Origin: Escherichia coli
Lineage (GTDB): Bacteria; Pseudomonadota; Gammaproteobacteria; Enterobacterales; Enterobacteriaceae
Length of the DNA: 64,000 bases
Assembly: GCF_024298765.1 (NCBI RefSeq)
Contig: NZ_CP101210.1
Reading direction: 5' to 3' (one strand)
Part shown: in pieces, positions 1 to 16,175 of the stretch
Layout: every line of letters starts with the position of its first letter
How positions within the stretch are numbered: the first letter of the stretch is position 1
The notes under the pieces: model-generated
Database searches by the model: none
What the model was told of the DNA's origin: nothing
What the model saw: the letters and a program-made list of their open reading frames with translations, nothing else
Made by a program: the position numbers and the translations under genes

Positions 1-1404
1 GTGTCACTTTCGCTTTGGCAGCAGTGTCTTGCCCGATTGCAGGATGAGTTACCAGCCACAGAATTCAGTATGTGGATACGCCCATTGCAGGCGGAACTGA
101 GCGATAACACGCTGGCCCTGTACGCGCCAAACCGTTTTGTCCTCGATTGGGTACGGGACAAGTACCTTAATAATATCAATGGACTGCTAACCAGTTTCTG
201 CGGAGCGGATGCCCCACAGCTGCGTTTTGAAGTCGGCACCAAACCGGTGACGCAAACGCCACAAGCGGCAGTGACGAGCAACGTCGCGGCCCCTGCACAG
301 GTGGCGCAAACGCAGCCGCAACGTGCTGCGCCTTCTACGCGCTCAGGTTGGGATAACGTCCCGGCCCCGGCAGAACCGACCTATCGTTCTAACGTAAACG
401 TCAAACACACGTTTGATAACTTCGTTGAAGGTAAATCTAACCAACTGGCGCGCGCGGCGGCTCGCCAGGTGGCAGATAACCCTGGCGGTGCCTATAACCC
501 GTTGTTCCTTTATGGCGGCACGGGTCTGGGTAAAACTCACCTGCTGCATGCGGTGGGTAACGGCATTATGGCGCGCAAGCCGAATGCCAAAGTGGTTTAT
601 ATGCACTCCGAGCGCTTTGTTCAGGACATGGTTAAAGCCCTGCAAAACAACGCGATCGAAGAGTTTAAACGCTACTACCGTTCCGTAGATGCACTGCTGA
701 TCGACGATATTCAGTTTTTTGCTAATAAAGAACGATCTCAGGAAGAGTTTTTCCACACCTTCAACGCCCTGTTGGAAGGTAACCAGCAGATCATTCTCAC
801 CTCGGATCGCTATCCGAAAGAGATCAATGGCGTTGAGGATCGTCTGAAATCCCGCTTCGGTTGGGGACTGACTGTGGCGATCGAACCGCCAGAGTTAGAA
901 ACCCGCGTGGCGATCCTGATGAAAAAGGCCGACGAAAACGACATTCGTTTGCCGGGCGAAGTGGCGTTCTTTATCGCCAAGCGTCTACGATCTAACGTAC
1001 GTGAGCTGGAAGGCGCGCTGAACCGCGTTATTGCTAACGCCAACTTTACCGGACGGGCGATCACCATCGACTTCGTGCGTGAGGCGCTGCGCGACTTGCT
1101 GGCATTGCAGGAAAAACTGGTCACCATCGACAATATTCAGAAGACGGTGGCGGAGTACTACAAGATCAAAGTCGCGGATCTCCTTTCCAAGCGTCGATCC
1201 CGCTCGGTGGCACGTCCGCGCCAGATGGCGATGGCGCTGGCGAAAGAGCTGACTAACCACAGTCTGCCGGAGATTGGCGATGCGTTTGGTGGTCGTGACC
1301 ACACGACGGTGCTTCATGCCTGCCGGAAGATCGAGCAGTTGCGTGAAGAGAGCCACGATATCAAAGAAGATTTCTCTAATTTAATCAGAACATTGTCATC
1401 GTAA
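1..1404 (+). CDS. dnaA: chromosomal replication initiator protein DnaA
   Basis: 467-aa ORF with GTG start; AAA+ Walker [11 protein letters not shown]; followed directly by dnaN-recF-gyrB. Confidence 0.97.
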
Positions 1405-1408
1405 ACCT

Positions 1409-2508
1409 ATGAAATTTACCGTAGAACGTGAGCATTTATTAAAACCGCTACAACAGGTGAGCGGTCCGTTAGGTGGTCGTCCTACGCTACCGATTCTCGG
1501 TAATCTGCTGTTACAGGTTGCTGACGGTACGTTGTCGCTGACCGGTACTGATCTCGAGATGGAAATGGTGGCACGCGTTGCGCTGGTTCAGCCGCACGAA
1601 CCAGGGGCGACGACCGTTCCGGCGCGCAAATTCTTTGATATCTGCCGTGGTCTGCCTGAAGGCGCGGAAATTGCCGTGCAGCTGGAAGGTGAGCGGATGC
1701 TGGTGCGCTCCGGGCGTAGCCGTTTTTCGCTGTCTACCCTGCCAGCGGCAGATTTCCCGAACCTCGATGACTGGCAGAGCGAAGTCGAATTTACCCTGCC
1801 GCAGGCGACGATGAAGCGTCTGATTGAAGCGACCCAGTTTTCTATGGCACATCAGGACGTTCGCTATTACTTAAACGGTATGCTGTTTGAAACCGAAGGT
1901 GAAGAACTGCGCACCGTGGCGACCGACGGCCACCGTCTGGCGGTCTGTTCAATGCCAATTGGTCAATCTTTGCCAAGCCATTCGGTGATCGTGCCGCGTA
2001 AAGGCGTGATTGAACTGATGCGTATGCTCGACGGCGGCGACAATCCGCTGCGCGTGCAGATTGGCAGCAACAACATTCGCGCCCACGTTGGCGACTTTAT
2101 CTTCACCTCGAAACTGGTGGATGGTCGCTTCCCGGATTACCGTCGCGTTCTGCCGAAGAACCCGGACAAGCATCTGGAAGCTGGCTGTGATCTGCTCAAG
2201 CAGGCGTTTGCCCGTGCGGCAATTCTCTCTAACGAGAAATTCCGCGGCGTGCGTCTGTATGTCAGCGAAAACCAGCTGAAAATCACCGCCAACAACCCAG
2301 AACAGGAAGAAGCGGAAGAGATCCTCGACGTTACCTATAGCGGTGCGGAGATGGAAATCGGCTTCAACGTCAGCTATGTGCTGGATGTTCTGAACGCACT
2401 GAAATGCGAAAACGTCCGCATGATGCTGACCGATTCGGTTTCCAGCGTGCAGATTGAAGATGCGGCCAGCCAGAGCGCGGCTTATGTTGTCATGCCAATG
2501 AGACTGTA

Positions 2509-2509
<1 letters not shown>
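1409..2509 (+). CDS. dnaN: DNA polymerase III beta subunit (sliding clamp)
   Basis: 366-aa ORF starting [17 protein letters not shown], ending ...VVMPMRL; begins 4 bp after dnaA stop. Confidence 0.97.
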
Positions 2510-6025
<3,516 letters not shown>

Positions 6026-6045
6026 TGGCGTTAACAATGCGAGCG

Positions 6046-6147
6046 TGCCTGATGCGCTACGCTTATCAGGCCTACGAGACTCCTGCAATATATTGAATTT
6101 GCATGTTTTTGTAGGCCGGATAAGGCGTTCACGCCGCATCCGGCAAG
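6046..6147. repeat. REP/BIME palindromic elements downstream of gyrB
   Basis: gcctgatgcgctacgcttatcaggcctac and gtaggccggataaggcgttcacgccgcatccggcaag match REP consensus. Confidence 0.6.
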
Positions 6148-6157
6148 AAGCTATAAG

Positions 6158-6190
6158 AAAAGGGCGGAGATCATCTCCGCCCTTTTTATT
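6158..6190 (+). terminator. rho-independent terminator
   Basis: aaaagggcggagatcatctccgccctttttatt: GC stem plus T-run. Confidence 0.6.
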
Positions 6191-6264
6191 CCTGCAATCC
6201 GCAATTATCATCCCACAGAACTATACTTTTTGAGTCAACACGTAACGCTTTACAGGTGATTATC

Positions 6265-6663
6265 ATGGGCCTTTTTGATGACGTTGTCGGCGCCTTTCTG
6301 AAAGGCGATGCGGGGAAATATCAGGCGATTTTAAGTTGGGTTGAGGAGCAGGGCGGCATTCAGGTGCTGCTGGAAAAACTGCAAAGTGGCGGTTTAGGTG
6401 CCATTCTCTCAACCTGGCTGAGTAATCAACAGGGCAACCAACCAGTTAGCGGCGAGCAACTGGAATCGGCGCTCGGCACAAATGCGGTGTCCGATCTCGG
6501 GCAAAAACTGGGCGTGGATACCAGTACAGCTTCCAGTTTACTGGCAGAACAATTGCCGAAGATTATTGATGCACTCTCACCGCAAGGTGAAGTGTCACCA
6601 CAAGCCAATAACGATCTGCTTTCCGCAGGCATGGAACTGCTGAAAGGGAAACTCTTCCGCTAA
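6265..6663 (+). CDS. yidB: YidB family protein (DUF937)
   Basis: 132-aa product from MGLFDDVVGAF; position between gyrB and yidA as in K-12. Confidence 0.8.
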   Translation: MGLFDDVVGAFLKGDAGKYQAILSWVEEQGGIQVLLEKLQSGGLGAILSTWLSNQQGNQPVSGEQLESALGTNAVSDLGQKLGVDTSTASSLLAEQLPKIIDALSPQGEVSPQANNDLLSAGMELLKGKLFR

Positions 6664-6777
6664 GCAAAAGGGGAGCACGCAACGCGCGTTGCATCCCCCT
6701 TTTCCCTCGGGTGTTGTACTGATTTTTGAGCGGAATCGCGTTAGCATGGGTCAGGAACCAATCTACCTGGGGAACTC

Positions 6778-7590
6778 ATGGCTATCAAACTCATTGCTAT
6801 CGATATGGATGGCACCCTTCTGCTGCCCGATCACACCATTTCACCCGCCGTTAAAAATGCGATTGCCGCAGCTCGCGCCCGTGGCGTGAATGTCGTGCTA
6901 ACGACGGGTCGCCCTTATGCAGGTGTGCACAATTACCTGAAAGAGCTGCATATGGAACAGCCGGGCGACTACTGCATTACTTATAACGGCGCGCTGGTAC
7001 AGAAGGCCGCTGATGGTAGCACCGTGGCGCAAACCGCTCTCAGCTATGACGACTACCGTTTCCTGGAAAAACTCTCTCGCGAAGTCGGTTCTCATTTCCA
7101 CGCCCTGGACCGCACCACGCTGTACACCGCCAATCGTGATATCAGCTACTACACGGTGCATGAATCTTTCGTTGCCACCATTCCGCTGGTGTTCTGCGAA
7201 GCGGAGAAAATGGACCCCAATACCCAGTTCCTGAAAGTGATGATGATTGATGAACCTGCCATCCTCGACCAGGCCATCGCGCGTATTCCGCAGGAAGTGA
7301 AAGAAAAATACACCGTGCTGAAAAGTGCGCCGTACTTCCTCGAAATCCTCGATAAACGCGTTAACAAAGGTACGGGTGTGAAATCACTGGCCGACGTGTT
7401 AGGTATTAAACCGGAAGAAATCATGGCGATTGGCGATCAGGAAAACGACATCGCAATGATTGAATATGCAGGCGTCGGTGTGGCGATGGATAACGCTATT
7501 CCTTCGGTGAAAGAAGTGGCGAACTTTGTCACCAAATCCAACCTTGAAGATGGCGTGGCATTTGCTATTGAGAAGTATGTGCTGAATTAA
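6778..7590 (+). CDS. yidA: HAD-family sugar phosphatase (Cof-type)
   Basis: 270 aa; HAD motif I DMDGTLL near N-terminus; Cof-like GDQENDIAM. Confidence 0.85.
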   Translation: MAIKLIAIDMDGTLLLPDHTISPAVKNAIAAARARGVNVVLTTGRPYAGVHNYLKELHMEQPGDYCITYNGALVQKAADGSTVAQTALSYDDYRFLEKLSREVGSHFHALDRTTLYTANRDISYYTVHESFVATIPLVFCEAEKMDPNTQFLKVMMIDEPAILDQAIARIPQEVKEKYTVLKSAPYFLEILDKRVNKGTGVKSLADVLGIKPEEIMAIGDQENDIAMIEYAGVGVAMDNAIPSVKEVANFVTKSNLEDGVAFAIEKYVLN

Positions 7591-7633
7591 TTAGTGAATG
7601 GGCAAACGGCATGAATGCGTTTGCCCGCAGCGA

Positions 7634-8290
7634 TTAACAATTTCTGGTCGTGCATAAAATCAGGAACTGGAGTGGTGACGTTACTATATCCAGCGTAAGA
7701 GTGACTGGCAGCAGCGCATTAACGAGGCCGCGCGGGACGCCATCTGTTGCTTTGTACTCATAAAATCCCACCGTAAAGGGTTGATGGAAAACCATCACGT
7801 TTGAGTAATCCGCTTTTTTATTTTTCTGGTGGATTGAGCCTTTCAAACCGTCCAGCATCCATGTACAACGCCGGGTATCACAAATAAAACCATATTGTGT
7901 TGCCAGTGCCTTATCTTCTTCGTTGTTCCAGTCGTAATAGAGCGTAATAGCACCAGAGAAATTCTTATTACTGCTGCTTAAAATAAATTTCGCGTTATCA
8001 GAAACGGTGATTCTTTCACCATGGATTGCCGGATCGTTCAGCATTTTAACCACCTCATCGCCGCCGGTGGTCAACAGATAGTCCAACGATTCACCAACAA
8101 AAACATAGCCTTTCGTACCGTTACTGTCTTCAGCCAGCGATAAACCCTTAATCGTGTCTGACCGCCATTGCTCGGCATGTGGACGGCTTGCAGTATTGGA
8201 AACCAATCCCCAGGTGATACATCCGGTCAACGCAAATGCCAAAGAACACAAACCGGCAGCCTTAAAAAATCCCTTAAAATTCAACTTCAT
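7634..8290 (-). CDS. yidX: putative lipoprotein YidX
   Basis: Start at MKLNFKGFF; lipobox LTGC after hydrophobic signal peptide; 218 aa. Confidence 0.7.
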   Translation of the reverse strand: MKLNFKGFFKAAGLCSLAFALTGCITWGLVSNTASRPHAEQWRSDTIKGLSLAEDSNGTKGYVFVGESLDYLLTTGGDEVVKMLNDPAIHGERITVSDNAKFILSSSNKNFSGAITLYYDWNNEEDKALATQYGFICDTRRCTWMLDGLKGSIHQKNKKADYSNVMVFHQPFTVGFYEYKATDGVPRGLVNALLPVTLTLDIVTSPLQFLILCTTRNC

Positions 8291-8566
8291 GATTAATCCT
8301 TTAAACGAGTAGCTAAGCCGTTGAAAGCATACTCTTCTTTCCCTCCTGTTTAGCGCCTGACATCCCTTTTCAGATTTCTGCCCGACGCATGTCATTTTTT
8401 ATGTATTGTTCTTTTTGTGATCTAAATTGTAGTACAACAATATAAGTTTGTACTACATTAGGCGCACAGCAAACGCGAACGTCATCACGCTGGTACTACA
8501 AAGTTGCCGCGTTATGCATCGATCGGGGTAAAGTAGAGAAGAACATACAGAGCACAAGGACTCTCC

Positions 8567-9256
8567 ATGACTCTCAATAAAACCGATCGCATCGTTATTA
8601 CGCTGGGTAAACAGATCGTTCACGGCAAATACGTACCAGGCTCTCCACTTCCGGCTGAGGCGGAGCTCTGTGAAGAGTTTGCAACCTCGCGCAACATCAT
8701 CCGTGAGGTGTTTCGTTCGCTGATGGCGAAGCGGCTGATTGAAATGAAACGTTATCGCGGGGCGTTTGTGGCTCCGCGTAACCAGTGGAATTACCTCGAC
8801 ACTGACGTACTGCAATGGGTGCTGGAAAACGACTATGACCCACGGCTTATCAGTGCAATGAGCGAAGTGCGAAACCTGGTAGAGCCGGCTATTGCCCGTT
8901 GGGCAGCAGAGCGCGCGACCTCCAGCGATCTGGCGCAGATTGAATCGGCGCTGAACGAGATGATTGCCAACAATCAGGACCGCGAAGCGTTTAACGAAGC
9001 GGATATTCGCTACCACGAGGCGGTGCTGCAGTCGGTGCATAACCCGGTGTTACAGCAACTTAGCATTGCGATCAGTTCGCTGCAGCGGGCGGTTTTTGAA
9101 CGAACCTGGATGGGCGATGAGGCCAACATGCCGCAAACGCTCCAGGAACATAAGGCGCTGTTCGATGCAATACGGCATCAGGACGGCGATGCGGCAGAGC
9201 AGGCGGCGCTTACCATGATCGCCAGCTCGACACGAAGGTTAAAGGAAATCACATGA
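8567..9256 (+). CDS. dgoR: GntR/FadR-family regulator of galactonate operon
   Basis: 229 aa; GntR HTH at N-terminus; first gene of dgoRKADT cluster. Confidence 0.9.
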   Translation: MTLNKTDRIVITLGKQIVHGKYVPGSPLPAEAELCEEFATSRNIIREVFRSLMAKRLIEMKRYRGAFVAPRNQWNYLDTDVLQWVLENDYDPRLISAMSEVRNLVEPAIARWAAERATSSDLAQIESALNEMIANNQDREAFNEADIRYHEAVLQSVHNPVLQQLSIAISSLQRAVFERTWMGDEANMPQTLQEHKALFDAIRHQDGDAAEQAALTMIASSTRRLKEIT

Positions 9257-10131
9257 CAGCTCGCTACATCGCAATTGACTGGGGATCGACCAATCTGCGC
9301 GCCTGGCTTTATCAGGGCGACCACTGCCTGGACAGCAGGCAATCAGAAGCAGGCGTCACGCGCCTGAACGGAAAATCTCCGGCTGCGGTGTTAGCAGAAG
9401 TCACGACCGACTGGCGTGAAGAGAATACGCCAGTGGTGATGGCAGGAATGGTCGGCAGCAATGTCGGCTGGAAAGTTGCACCGTATTTATCTGTTCCTGC
9501 CCGTTTTTCGTCTATTGGCGATCAATTAACGTCGGTTGGCGACAATATCTGGATTATTCCCGGATTATGCGTCTCTCATGACGATAACCACAATGTGATG
9601 CGCGGCGAAGAAACACAATTGATCGGCGCGCGTGCTCTCGCTCCTTCCTCTCTTTATGTTATGCCCGGTACCCATTGCAAATGGGTGCAGGCCGATAGCC
9701 AGCAAATCAACGATTTTCGCACCGTGATGACCGGTGAATTACATCATTTACTGTTAAATCACTCATTGATTGGCGCAGGTTTGCCGCCGCAGGAAAACTC
9801 TGCCGATGCCTTCGCGGCTGGTCTTGAGCGTGGCTTTAATGCTCCCGCCATATTGCCGCAGCTTTTTGAAGTTCGCGCCTCGCATGTGCTGGGAACACTT
9901 CCCCGCGAACAGGTCAGCGAATTTCTCTCTGGTTTGTTGATTGGCGCAGAGGTTGCCAGTATGCGCGACTATGTGACCCATCAACACGCCATCACCCTTG
10001 TCGCCGGAACATCGCTGACCGCGCGCTACCAGCAAGCCTTTCAGGCGATGGGTTGCGACGTGACGGCGGTGGCGGGCGACACGGCATTTCAGGCTGGTAT
10101 AAGGAGCATCGCTCATGCAGTGGCAAACTAA
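9253..10131 (+). CDS. dgoK: 2-dehydro-3-deoxygalactonokinase
   Basis: 292 aa; 4-bp overlap with dgoR stop; operon context. Confidence 0.9.
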   Translation: MTARYIAIDWGSTNLRAWLYQGDHCLDSRQSEAGVTRLNGKSPAAVLAEVTTDWREENTPVVMAGMVGSNVGWKVAPYLSVPARFSSIGDQLTSVGDNIWIIPGLCVSHDDNHNVMRGEETQLIGARALAPSSLYVMPGTHCKWVQADSQQINDFRTVMTGELHHLLLNHSLIGAGLPPQENSADAFAAGLERGFNAPAILPQLFEVRASHVLGTLPREQVSEFLSGLLIGAEVASMRDYVTHQHAITLVAGTSLTARYQQAFQAMGCDVTAVAGDTAFQAGIRSIAHAVAN

Positions 10132-10732
10132 ACTCCCGCTGATCGCCATTTTGCGCGGCATTACGCCCGACGAGGCGCTGGCGCATGTTGGCGCGGTGAT
10201 TGACGCCGGGTTCGACGCGGTTGAAATCCCGCTGAATTCCCCTCAATGGGAGAAAAGCATTCCCGCCATCGTTGATGCGTATGGCGATAAGGCGTTGATT
10301 GGCGCAGGTACGGTACTGAAACCTGAACAGGTCGATGCACTCGCCAGGATGAGCTGCCAGCTCATCGTTACGCCCAATATCCATAGTGAAGTGATCCGCC
10401 GTGCGGTGGGCTACGGCATGACCGTTTGCCCCGGCTGCGCGACGGCGACCGAAGCCTTTACCGCGCTCGACGCGGGCGCTCAGGCGCTGAAAATATTTCC
10501 GTCATCGGCTTTTGGTCCGCAATACATCAAAGCGTTAAAAGCGGTATTACCACCGGACATCGCAGTCTTTGCCGTTGGCGGCGTGACGCCAGAAAACCTG
10601 GCGCAGTGGATAGACGCAGGTTGTGCAGGGGCGGGCTTAGGCAGCGATCTCTATCGCGCCGGGCAGTCCGTAGAACGCACCGCGCAGCAGGCAGCAGCAT
10701 TTGTTAAGGCGTATCGAGAGGCAGTGCAATGA
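10115..10732 (+). CDS. dgoA: 2-dehydro-3-deoxy-6-phosphogalactonate aldolase
   Basis: 205 aa; overlaps dgoK end; KDPG-aldolase family; operon context. Confidence 0.9.
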   Translation: MQWQTKLPLIAILRGITPDEALAHVGAVIDAGFDAVEIPLNSPQWEKSIPAIVDAYGDKALIGAGTVLKPEQVDALARMSCQLIVTPNIHSEVIRRAVGYGMTVCPGCATATEAFTALDAGAQALKIFPSSAFGPQYIKALKAVLPPDIAVFAVGGVTPENLAQWIDAGCAGAGLGSDLYRAGQSVERTAQQAAAFVKAYREAVQ

Positions 10733-11877
10733 AAATCACCAAAATTACCACGTATCGTTTACCTCCCCGCTGGATGTTCCTGAAAATTGAAACCGATGAA
10801 GGCGTGGTCGGCTGGGGCGAGCCAGTGATTGAAGGCCGCGCCCGCACGGTGGAAGCGGCAGTTCACGAGCTGGGTGACTATTTGATTGGTCAGGATCCAT
10901 CGCGCATCAATGACTTATGGCAAGTGATGTATCGCGCCGGATTTTATCGTGGCGGTCCAATCCTGATGAGCGCCATCGCCGGGATCGACCAGGCGTTATG
11001 GGATATCAAAGGCAAAGTGCTGAATGCGCCGGTCTGGCAACTGATGGGCGGCCTGGTTCGCGACAAAATTAAAGCCTACAGTTGGGTCGGCGGCGATCGT
11101 CCGGCGGATGTTATCGACGGCATTAAAACCCTGCGCGAAATCGGCTTCGATACCTTCAAACTGAACGGTTGTGAAGAACTGGGGCTAATTGATAACTCCC
11201 GCGCGGTAGATGCGGCAGTCAACACCGTGGCACAAATTCGTGAAGCTTTTGGCAATCAGATTGAGTTTGGTCTTGATTTCCACGGTCGCGTCAGCGCGCC
11301 GATGGCGAAAGTGCTGATTAAAGAACTGGAGCCGTATCGCCCGCTGTTTATTGAAGAGCCGGTGCTGGCAGAACAAGCCGAATACTACCCGAAACTGGCG
11401 GTACAAACGCATATTCCACTGGCGGCGGGTGAACGCATGTTCTCACGTTTCGATTTTAAACGTGTGCTGGAGGCGGGTGGTATTTCGATTCTGCAACCAG
11501 ATCTCTCCCACGCGGGCGGTATTACCGAATGCTACAAAATTGCCGGAATGGCAGAAGCCTATGACGTGACCCTTGCGCCGCACTGTCCGCTCGGACCGAT
11601 TGCACTGGCGGCTTGCCTGCATATCGACTTTGTTTCCTATAACGCCGTACTTCAGGAACAAAGTATGGGCATTCATTACAACAAAGGCGCGGAGTTACTC
11701 GACTTTGTGAAAAACAAAGAAGACTTCAGCATGGTCGGCGGTTTCTTTAAACCATTAACGAAACCGGGCTTAGGTGTGGAAATCGACGAAGCTAAAGTTA
11801 TTGAGTTCAGTAAAAATGCCCCGGACTGGCGTAATCCGCTCTGGCGTCATGAAGATAACAGCGTAGCAGAGTGGTAA
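10729..11877 (+). CDS. dgoD: D-galactonate dehydratase
   Basis: 382 aa; enolase-superfamily (mandelate racemase-like) sequence; overlaps dgoA stop. Confidence 0.92.
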   Translation: MKITKITTYRLPPRWMFLKIETDEGVVGWGEPVIEGRARTVEAAVHELGDYLIGQDPSRINDLWQVMYRAGFYRGGPILMSAIAGIDQALWDIKGKVLNAPVWQLMGGLVRDKIKAYSWVGGDRPADVIDGIKTLREIGFDTFKLNGCEELGLIDNSRAVDAAVNTVAQIREAFGNQIEFGLDFHGRVSAPMAKVLIKELEPYRPLFIEEPVLAEQAEYYPKLAVQTHIPLAAGERMFSRFDFKRVLEAGGISILQPDLSHAGGITECYKIAGMAEAYDVTLAPHCPLGPIALAACLHIDFVSYNAVLQEQSMGIHYNKGAELLDFVKNKEDFSMVGGFFKPLTKPGLGVEIDEAKVIEFSKNAPDWRNPLWRHEDNSVAEW

Positions 11878-11996
11878 TTCCTGCCACGTAAGCCCCTCAT
11901 CGGGCACTAAAACAGCAATACAAAAATATAACCCTCTGTAAATTACAGGGCATGGTGAGCGGCTTCGCTATGCCCAAAATCTGGAGAAAGCTCGCT

Positions 11997-13289
11997 ATGG
12001 ATATTCCCGTTAATGCAGCAAAGCCGGGGCGTCGGCGTTATCTGACGCTGGTGATGATCTTTATTACGGTGGTCATTTGTTATGTTGACCGCGCTAACCT
12101 GGCCGTGGCTTCCGCCCATATTCAGGAAGAGTTCGGTATTACCAAAGCGGAAATGGGCTATGTATTTTCGGCCTTCGCCTGGCTTTATACACTATGTCAG
12201 ATCCCCGGCGGTTGGTTTTTAGATCGCGTAGGTTCACGCGTGACTTATTTTATTGCGATATTTGGCTGGTCAGTGGCGACTTTATTCCAGGGCTTTGCCA
12301 CGGGATTGATGTCATTAATTGGTCTGCGCGCAATAACCGGTATTTTCGAAGCGCCCGCTTTCCCGACCAATAACCGGATGGTGACCAGCTGGTTCCCGGA
12401 ACATGAACGCGCTTCCGCCGTTGGTTTTTATACGTCTGGTCAGTTTGTCGGTCTGGCGTTTTTGACTCCGCTGCTGATCTGGATTCAGGAAATGTTGAGC
12501 TGGCACTGGGTGTTCATTGTCACCGGTGGTATCGGCATTATCTGGTCGCTGATTTGGTTTAAGGTTTATCAGCCGCCGCGCCTGACTAAAGGCATCAGCA
12601 AAGCTGAACTGGATTACATTCGTGATGGCGGCGGTCTGGTGGATGGTGATGCGCCGGTGAAAAAAGAGGCGCGTCAGCCGTTAACAGCCAAAGACTGGAA
12701 ACTGGTGTTCCATCGTAAACTGATCGGCGTCTATCTTGGGCAATTTGCGGTGGCTTCTACACTGTGGTTTTTCTTAACCTGGTTCCCGAACTATTTAACC
12801 CAGGAAAAAGGAATCACGGCGCTGAAAGCAGGTTTTATGACCACGGTGCCATTCCTCGCGGCGTTTATTGGCGTCCTGCTCTCTGGCTGGGTCGCGGATC
12901 TGCTGGTACGTAAGGGCTTTTCACTGGGCTTTGCGCGTAAAACGCCGATTATCTGCGGCTTGCTGATCTCCACCTGCATTATGGGTGCGAACTACACCAA
13001 CGATCCGATGATGATTATGTGCCTGATGGCGCTGGCATTCTTCGGCAACGGTTTTGCTTCGATAACCTGGTCGCTGGTCTCTTCTCTGGCACCGATGCGC
13101 CTGATTGGTTTAACCGGCGGTGTGTTTAACTTTGCCGGTGGTCTGGGCGGCATCACCGTTCCGCTGGTGGTGGGGTACCTTGCGCAGGGTTACGGTTTCG
13201 CGCCTGCACTGGTTTATATCTCCGCCGTCGCGTTGATTGGCGCGCTCTCTTACATCCTGCTGGTGGGCGATGTGAAGCGCGTTGGATAA
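11997..13289 (+). CDS. dgoT: D-galactonate:H+ symporter (MFS)
   Basis: 430 aa from [18 protein letters not shown]; 12-TM MFS pattern. Confidence 0.9.
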   Translation: MDIPVNAAKPGRRRYLTLVMIFITVVICYVDRANLAVASAHIQEEFGITKAEMGYVFSAFAWLYTLCQIPGGWFLDRVGSRVTYFIAIFGWSVATLFQGFATGLMSLIGLRAITGIFEAPAFPTNNRMVTSWFPEHERASAVGFYTSGQFVGLAFLTPLLIWIQEMLSWHWVFIVTGGIGIIWSLIWFKVYQPPRLTKGISKAELDYIRDGGGLVDGDAPVKKEARQPLTAKDWKLVFHRKLIGVYLGQFAVASTLWFFLTWFPNYLTQEKGITALKAGFMTTVPFLAAFIGVLLSGWVADLLVRKGFSLGFARKTPIICGLLISTCIMGANYTNDPMMIMCLMALAFFGNGFASITWSLVSSLAPMRLIGLTGGVFNFAGGLGGITVPLVVGYLAQGYGFAPALVYISAVALIGALSYILLVGDVKRVG

Positions 13290-14350
13290 TCTTTCAACTG
13301 TGGAATATGCGCCACTCCACTGCGCATAATCCACTTTCTTAAAGCCGGTGCGGTCAGGCATCGGCTTTTTACTATCTTGCCGAAGAGTTTTAAACGCAGT
13401 TTGCGAGTGGCGCGCCTGTAAGCGGTATTGAGCTTCTCTGGCTGCTTCAGTAATACCGAACGCAGAATCTCTGCGCTATCCAGCGCATAGCTAATCCCCT
13501 CCAGCGAGCTGGCGCTGATAAATCCCGCCGCTTCGCCAATCAGAAAGGCGTTGTCCTTGCCGCAGACAAAATCCTGCCAGCGTGAGGGAAACAGCACCGT
13601 GCATTTTTCGCTTTTCACCGCCTTACCAAACTGGAACTGAAAGGCACTCATTTTCTCTTTTAGCGTCGTGAAACGCGTCTGACCGTCTTTCATCGGATAG
13701 GCACCGCCAAAGATAAAATAACCGTCTTTGCTGATACTCCATGAGTAACAGTCAGTTATCGCATTATCAAAGATGCAGGAGTAGAACGGCACCGGATGTT
13801 TCTCTGCGAACCACTGCTGGATGGCGACATATTTACGAATCTGATGATCCGGGTAGAGATGCCGCCGCACCATCGAGTTGGCACCATCGGCACCGACCAG
13901 ATAGCGGGCGGTAATATGCTGCTCCCAGCCGTCTGCGCGAAAAATGACATGCCATTTATCATCCTCACGCCAGATTTTTCGACACAGGCTGTCGTGGTAA
14001 ACCTCAACGCTGGCGGGGATCAGCGATTTCATCCACAAGTCGAAAGCATGGCGATTAATATTGATATAGCTTCGCTGGTAGTTACGCGTGAGCGATGCGG
14101 CGACGTCGACGGTTTTGACGCTGAAAATCTGCGGGTTGGCGATGACATCGACAGGAAGCGTCAGTCCATCGCGAATAAAAGATCGCTGCGCGTCCGGTGC
14201 CAGCAGACCGCCACAAGGTTTGCTGAAACCTTCTGTACCATACTGGTGCTTTTTATCCAGTGCGATCACCTGCATTTTGCCTGCTAACTTTCGCGCCAAC
14301 GCCGACCCTGCCGGGCCGAGGCCAATAATCGCCACGTCGAAATGTTCCAT
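13250..14350 (-). CDS. cbrA: FAD-dependent oxidoreductase CbrA
   Basis: Start at [22 protein letters not shown] (FAD-binding GxGxxG); convergent with and overlapping dgoT 3-prime end; exact start uncertain. Confidence 0.75.
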   Translation of the reverse strand: MEHFDVAIIGLGPAGSALARKLAGKMQVIALDKKHQYGTEGFSKPCGGLLAPDAQRSFIRDGLTLPVDVIANPQIFSVKTVDVAASLTRNYQRSYININRHAFDLWMKSLIPASVEVYHDSLCRKIWREDDKWHVIFRADGWEQHITARYLVGADGANSMVRRHLYPDHQIRKYVAIQQWFAEKHPVPFYSCIFDNAITDCYSWSISKDGYFIFGGAYPMKDGQTRFTTLKEKMSAFQFQFGKAVKSEKCTVLFPSRWQDFVCGKDNAFLIGEAAGFISASSLEGISYALDSAEILRSVLLKQPEKLNTAYRRATRKLRLKLFGKIVKSRCLTAPALRKWIMRSGVAHIPQLKDYPTRFTSPTSRM

Positions 14351-14417
14351 CTTTTCACTCACATTCATCACGATGGCAAAAGACTATTGTCTGAAAGTGA
14401 AGTCCTTGTGAAGTATT

Positions 14418-15665
14418 ATGGCGGGAACCGTTTTGTATCAGGACCGCGCCATGAAACAGATAACCTTTGCTCCTCGTAATCACCTGCTCACCAATACCAA
14501 TACCTGGACGCCCGACAGCCAGTGGCTGGTGTTTGACGTGCGGCCTTCTGGGGCGTCGTTTACCGGCGAGACCATTGAGCGTGTGAATATCCATACCGGC
14601 GAGGTCGAGGTTATCTATCGCGCGTCACAGGGCGCATACGTCGGCGTGGTGACCGTTCATCCGAAGTCAGAGAAGTATGTCTTCATCCACGGCCCGGAAA
14701 ATCCTGATGAAACATGGTATTACGACTTTCATCATCGGCGCGGAGTGATTGTTGAAAGCGGCAAGGTGAGCAATCTCGATGCAATGGATATTACCGCGCC
14801 ATATACGCCAGGAGCGCTACGTGGCGGCAGCCATGTACATGTCTTTAGCCCGAACGGTGAAAGGGTGAGCTTTACCTACAACGACCATGTAATGCATGAA
14901 CTCGATCCGGCGCTGGATTTGCGAAACGTCGGTGTTGCTGCACCGTTTGGCCCGGTCAACGTACAAAAGCAGCATCCGCGTGAATACAGCGGTAGCCACT
15001 GGTGCGTGCTGGTAAGTAAAACCACGCCCACGCCACAGCCTGGCAGTGATGAAATCAATCGTGCTTATGAAGAAGGATGGGTAGGAAATCACGCGCTGGC
15101 GTTTATTGGCGACACACTTTCGGCAAAGGGCGAGAAAGTGCCGGAGCTGTTTATTGTCGAGTTGCCGAAAGATGAAGCTGGCTGGAAAGCGGCAGGTGAT
15201 GTGCCGTTAAGTGGAACGGAAACAACCCTGCCTGCGCCACCGCGTGGTGTCGTGCAGCGACGTTTAACCTTTACGCACCATCGGGCTTATCCGGGATTAG
15301 TCAACGTCCCGCGCCACTGGGTGCGCTGTAATCCGCAGGGTACGCAAATCGCGTTTTTAATGCGTGATGATAACGGCATTGTGCAACTGTGGCTTATCTC
15401 GCCACAGGGCGGCGAGCCGCGCCAGTTAACCCATAACAAAACGGATATTCAGTCTGCATTTAACTGGCATCCGTCAGGCGAATGGCTGGGATTTGTGCTG
15501 GATAATCGGATTGCTTGTGCCCATGCGCAAAGCGGCGAGGTTGAGTATTTAACCGAAAACCACGCCAATCCACCTTCTGCGGACGCCGTGGTTTTCTCGC
15601 CGGATGGTCAATGGTTGGCGTGGATGGAGGACGGTCAGTTGTGGATCACCGAAACTGACCGCTAG
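14418..15665 (+). CDS. yidR: uncharacterized protein YidR
   Basis: 415-aa ORF; K-12 order cbrA-yidR-yidQ-ibpA. Confidence 0.75.
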   Translation: MAGTVLYQDRAMKQITFAPRNHLLTNTNTWTPDSQWLVFDVRPSGASFTGETIERVNIHTGEVEVIYRASQGAYVGVVTVHPKSEKYVFIHGPENPDETWYYDFHHRRGVIVESGKVSNLDAMDITAPYTPGALRGGSHVHVFSPNGERVSFTYNDHVMHELDPALDLRNVGVAAPFGPVNVQKQHPREYSGSHWCVLVSKTTPTPQPGSDEINRAYEEGWVGNHALAFIGDTLSAKGEKVPELFIVELPKDEAGWKAAGDVPLSGTETTLPAPPRGVVQRRLTFTHHRAYPGLVNVPRHWVRCNPQGTQIAFLMRDDNGIVQLWLISPQGGEPRQLTHNKTDIQSAFNWHPSGEWLGFVLDNRIACAHAQSGEVEYLTENHANPPSADAVVFSPDGQWLAWMEDGQLWITETDR

Positions 15666-15668
15666 CTC

Positions 15669-16001
15669 TCAGTTTGCAGGCATTTTGGCGGGGGGAATGA
15701 CGTTATTGGTTTCTTGCGCGTCGGCTTCGCTTTTTTCAACGCGCGAGCGCACTGAGCTGTCTTTGCGGAACACATCCCACGGTAGCAATATTGTGTCCAG
15801 TACTGCGGTAAATGGCATGTCGAGTATCGCCAGCGATTTTGTGCCCCAGTTGGTTTCATCGTCGCCAATCATGGTTGCGCTGGCGCGGGTGCCAGGATAC
15901 GTTCCTTCTTTCCCCCCGGTATGGGACATCACGCTGGAGCATCCTCCGAGTAATGTCATTCCGCTGCATATCATGAACGCTAACAACACATTTCTTATCA
16001 T
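15669..16001 (-). CDS. yidQ: small membrane/lipoprotein YidQ
   Basis: 110 aa from MIRNVLLAFMICSGMTLLGGC (signal plus lipobox-like LGGC). Confidence 0.7.
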   Translation of the reverse strand: MIRNVLLAFMICSGMTLLGGCSSVMSHTGGKEGTYPGTRASATMIGDDETNWGTKSLAILDMPFTAVLDTILLPWDVFRKDSSVRSRVEKSEADAQETNNVIPPAKMPAN

Positions 16002-16175
16002 AATAAATTCATCTGTTGATCGTGGGTGTTGGCCTGATGAGTTATAGCGATCCCTTGCTGAAAATAACATCATCATTACGTCGCACTGTGGCGGCTATCG
16101 CACTTTAACGTTTCGTGCTGCCCCCTCAGTCTATGCAATAGACCATAAACTGCAAAAAAAAGTCCGCTGATAAGG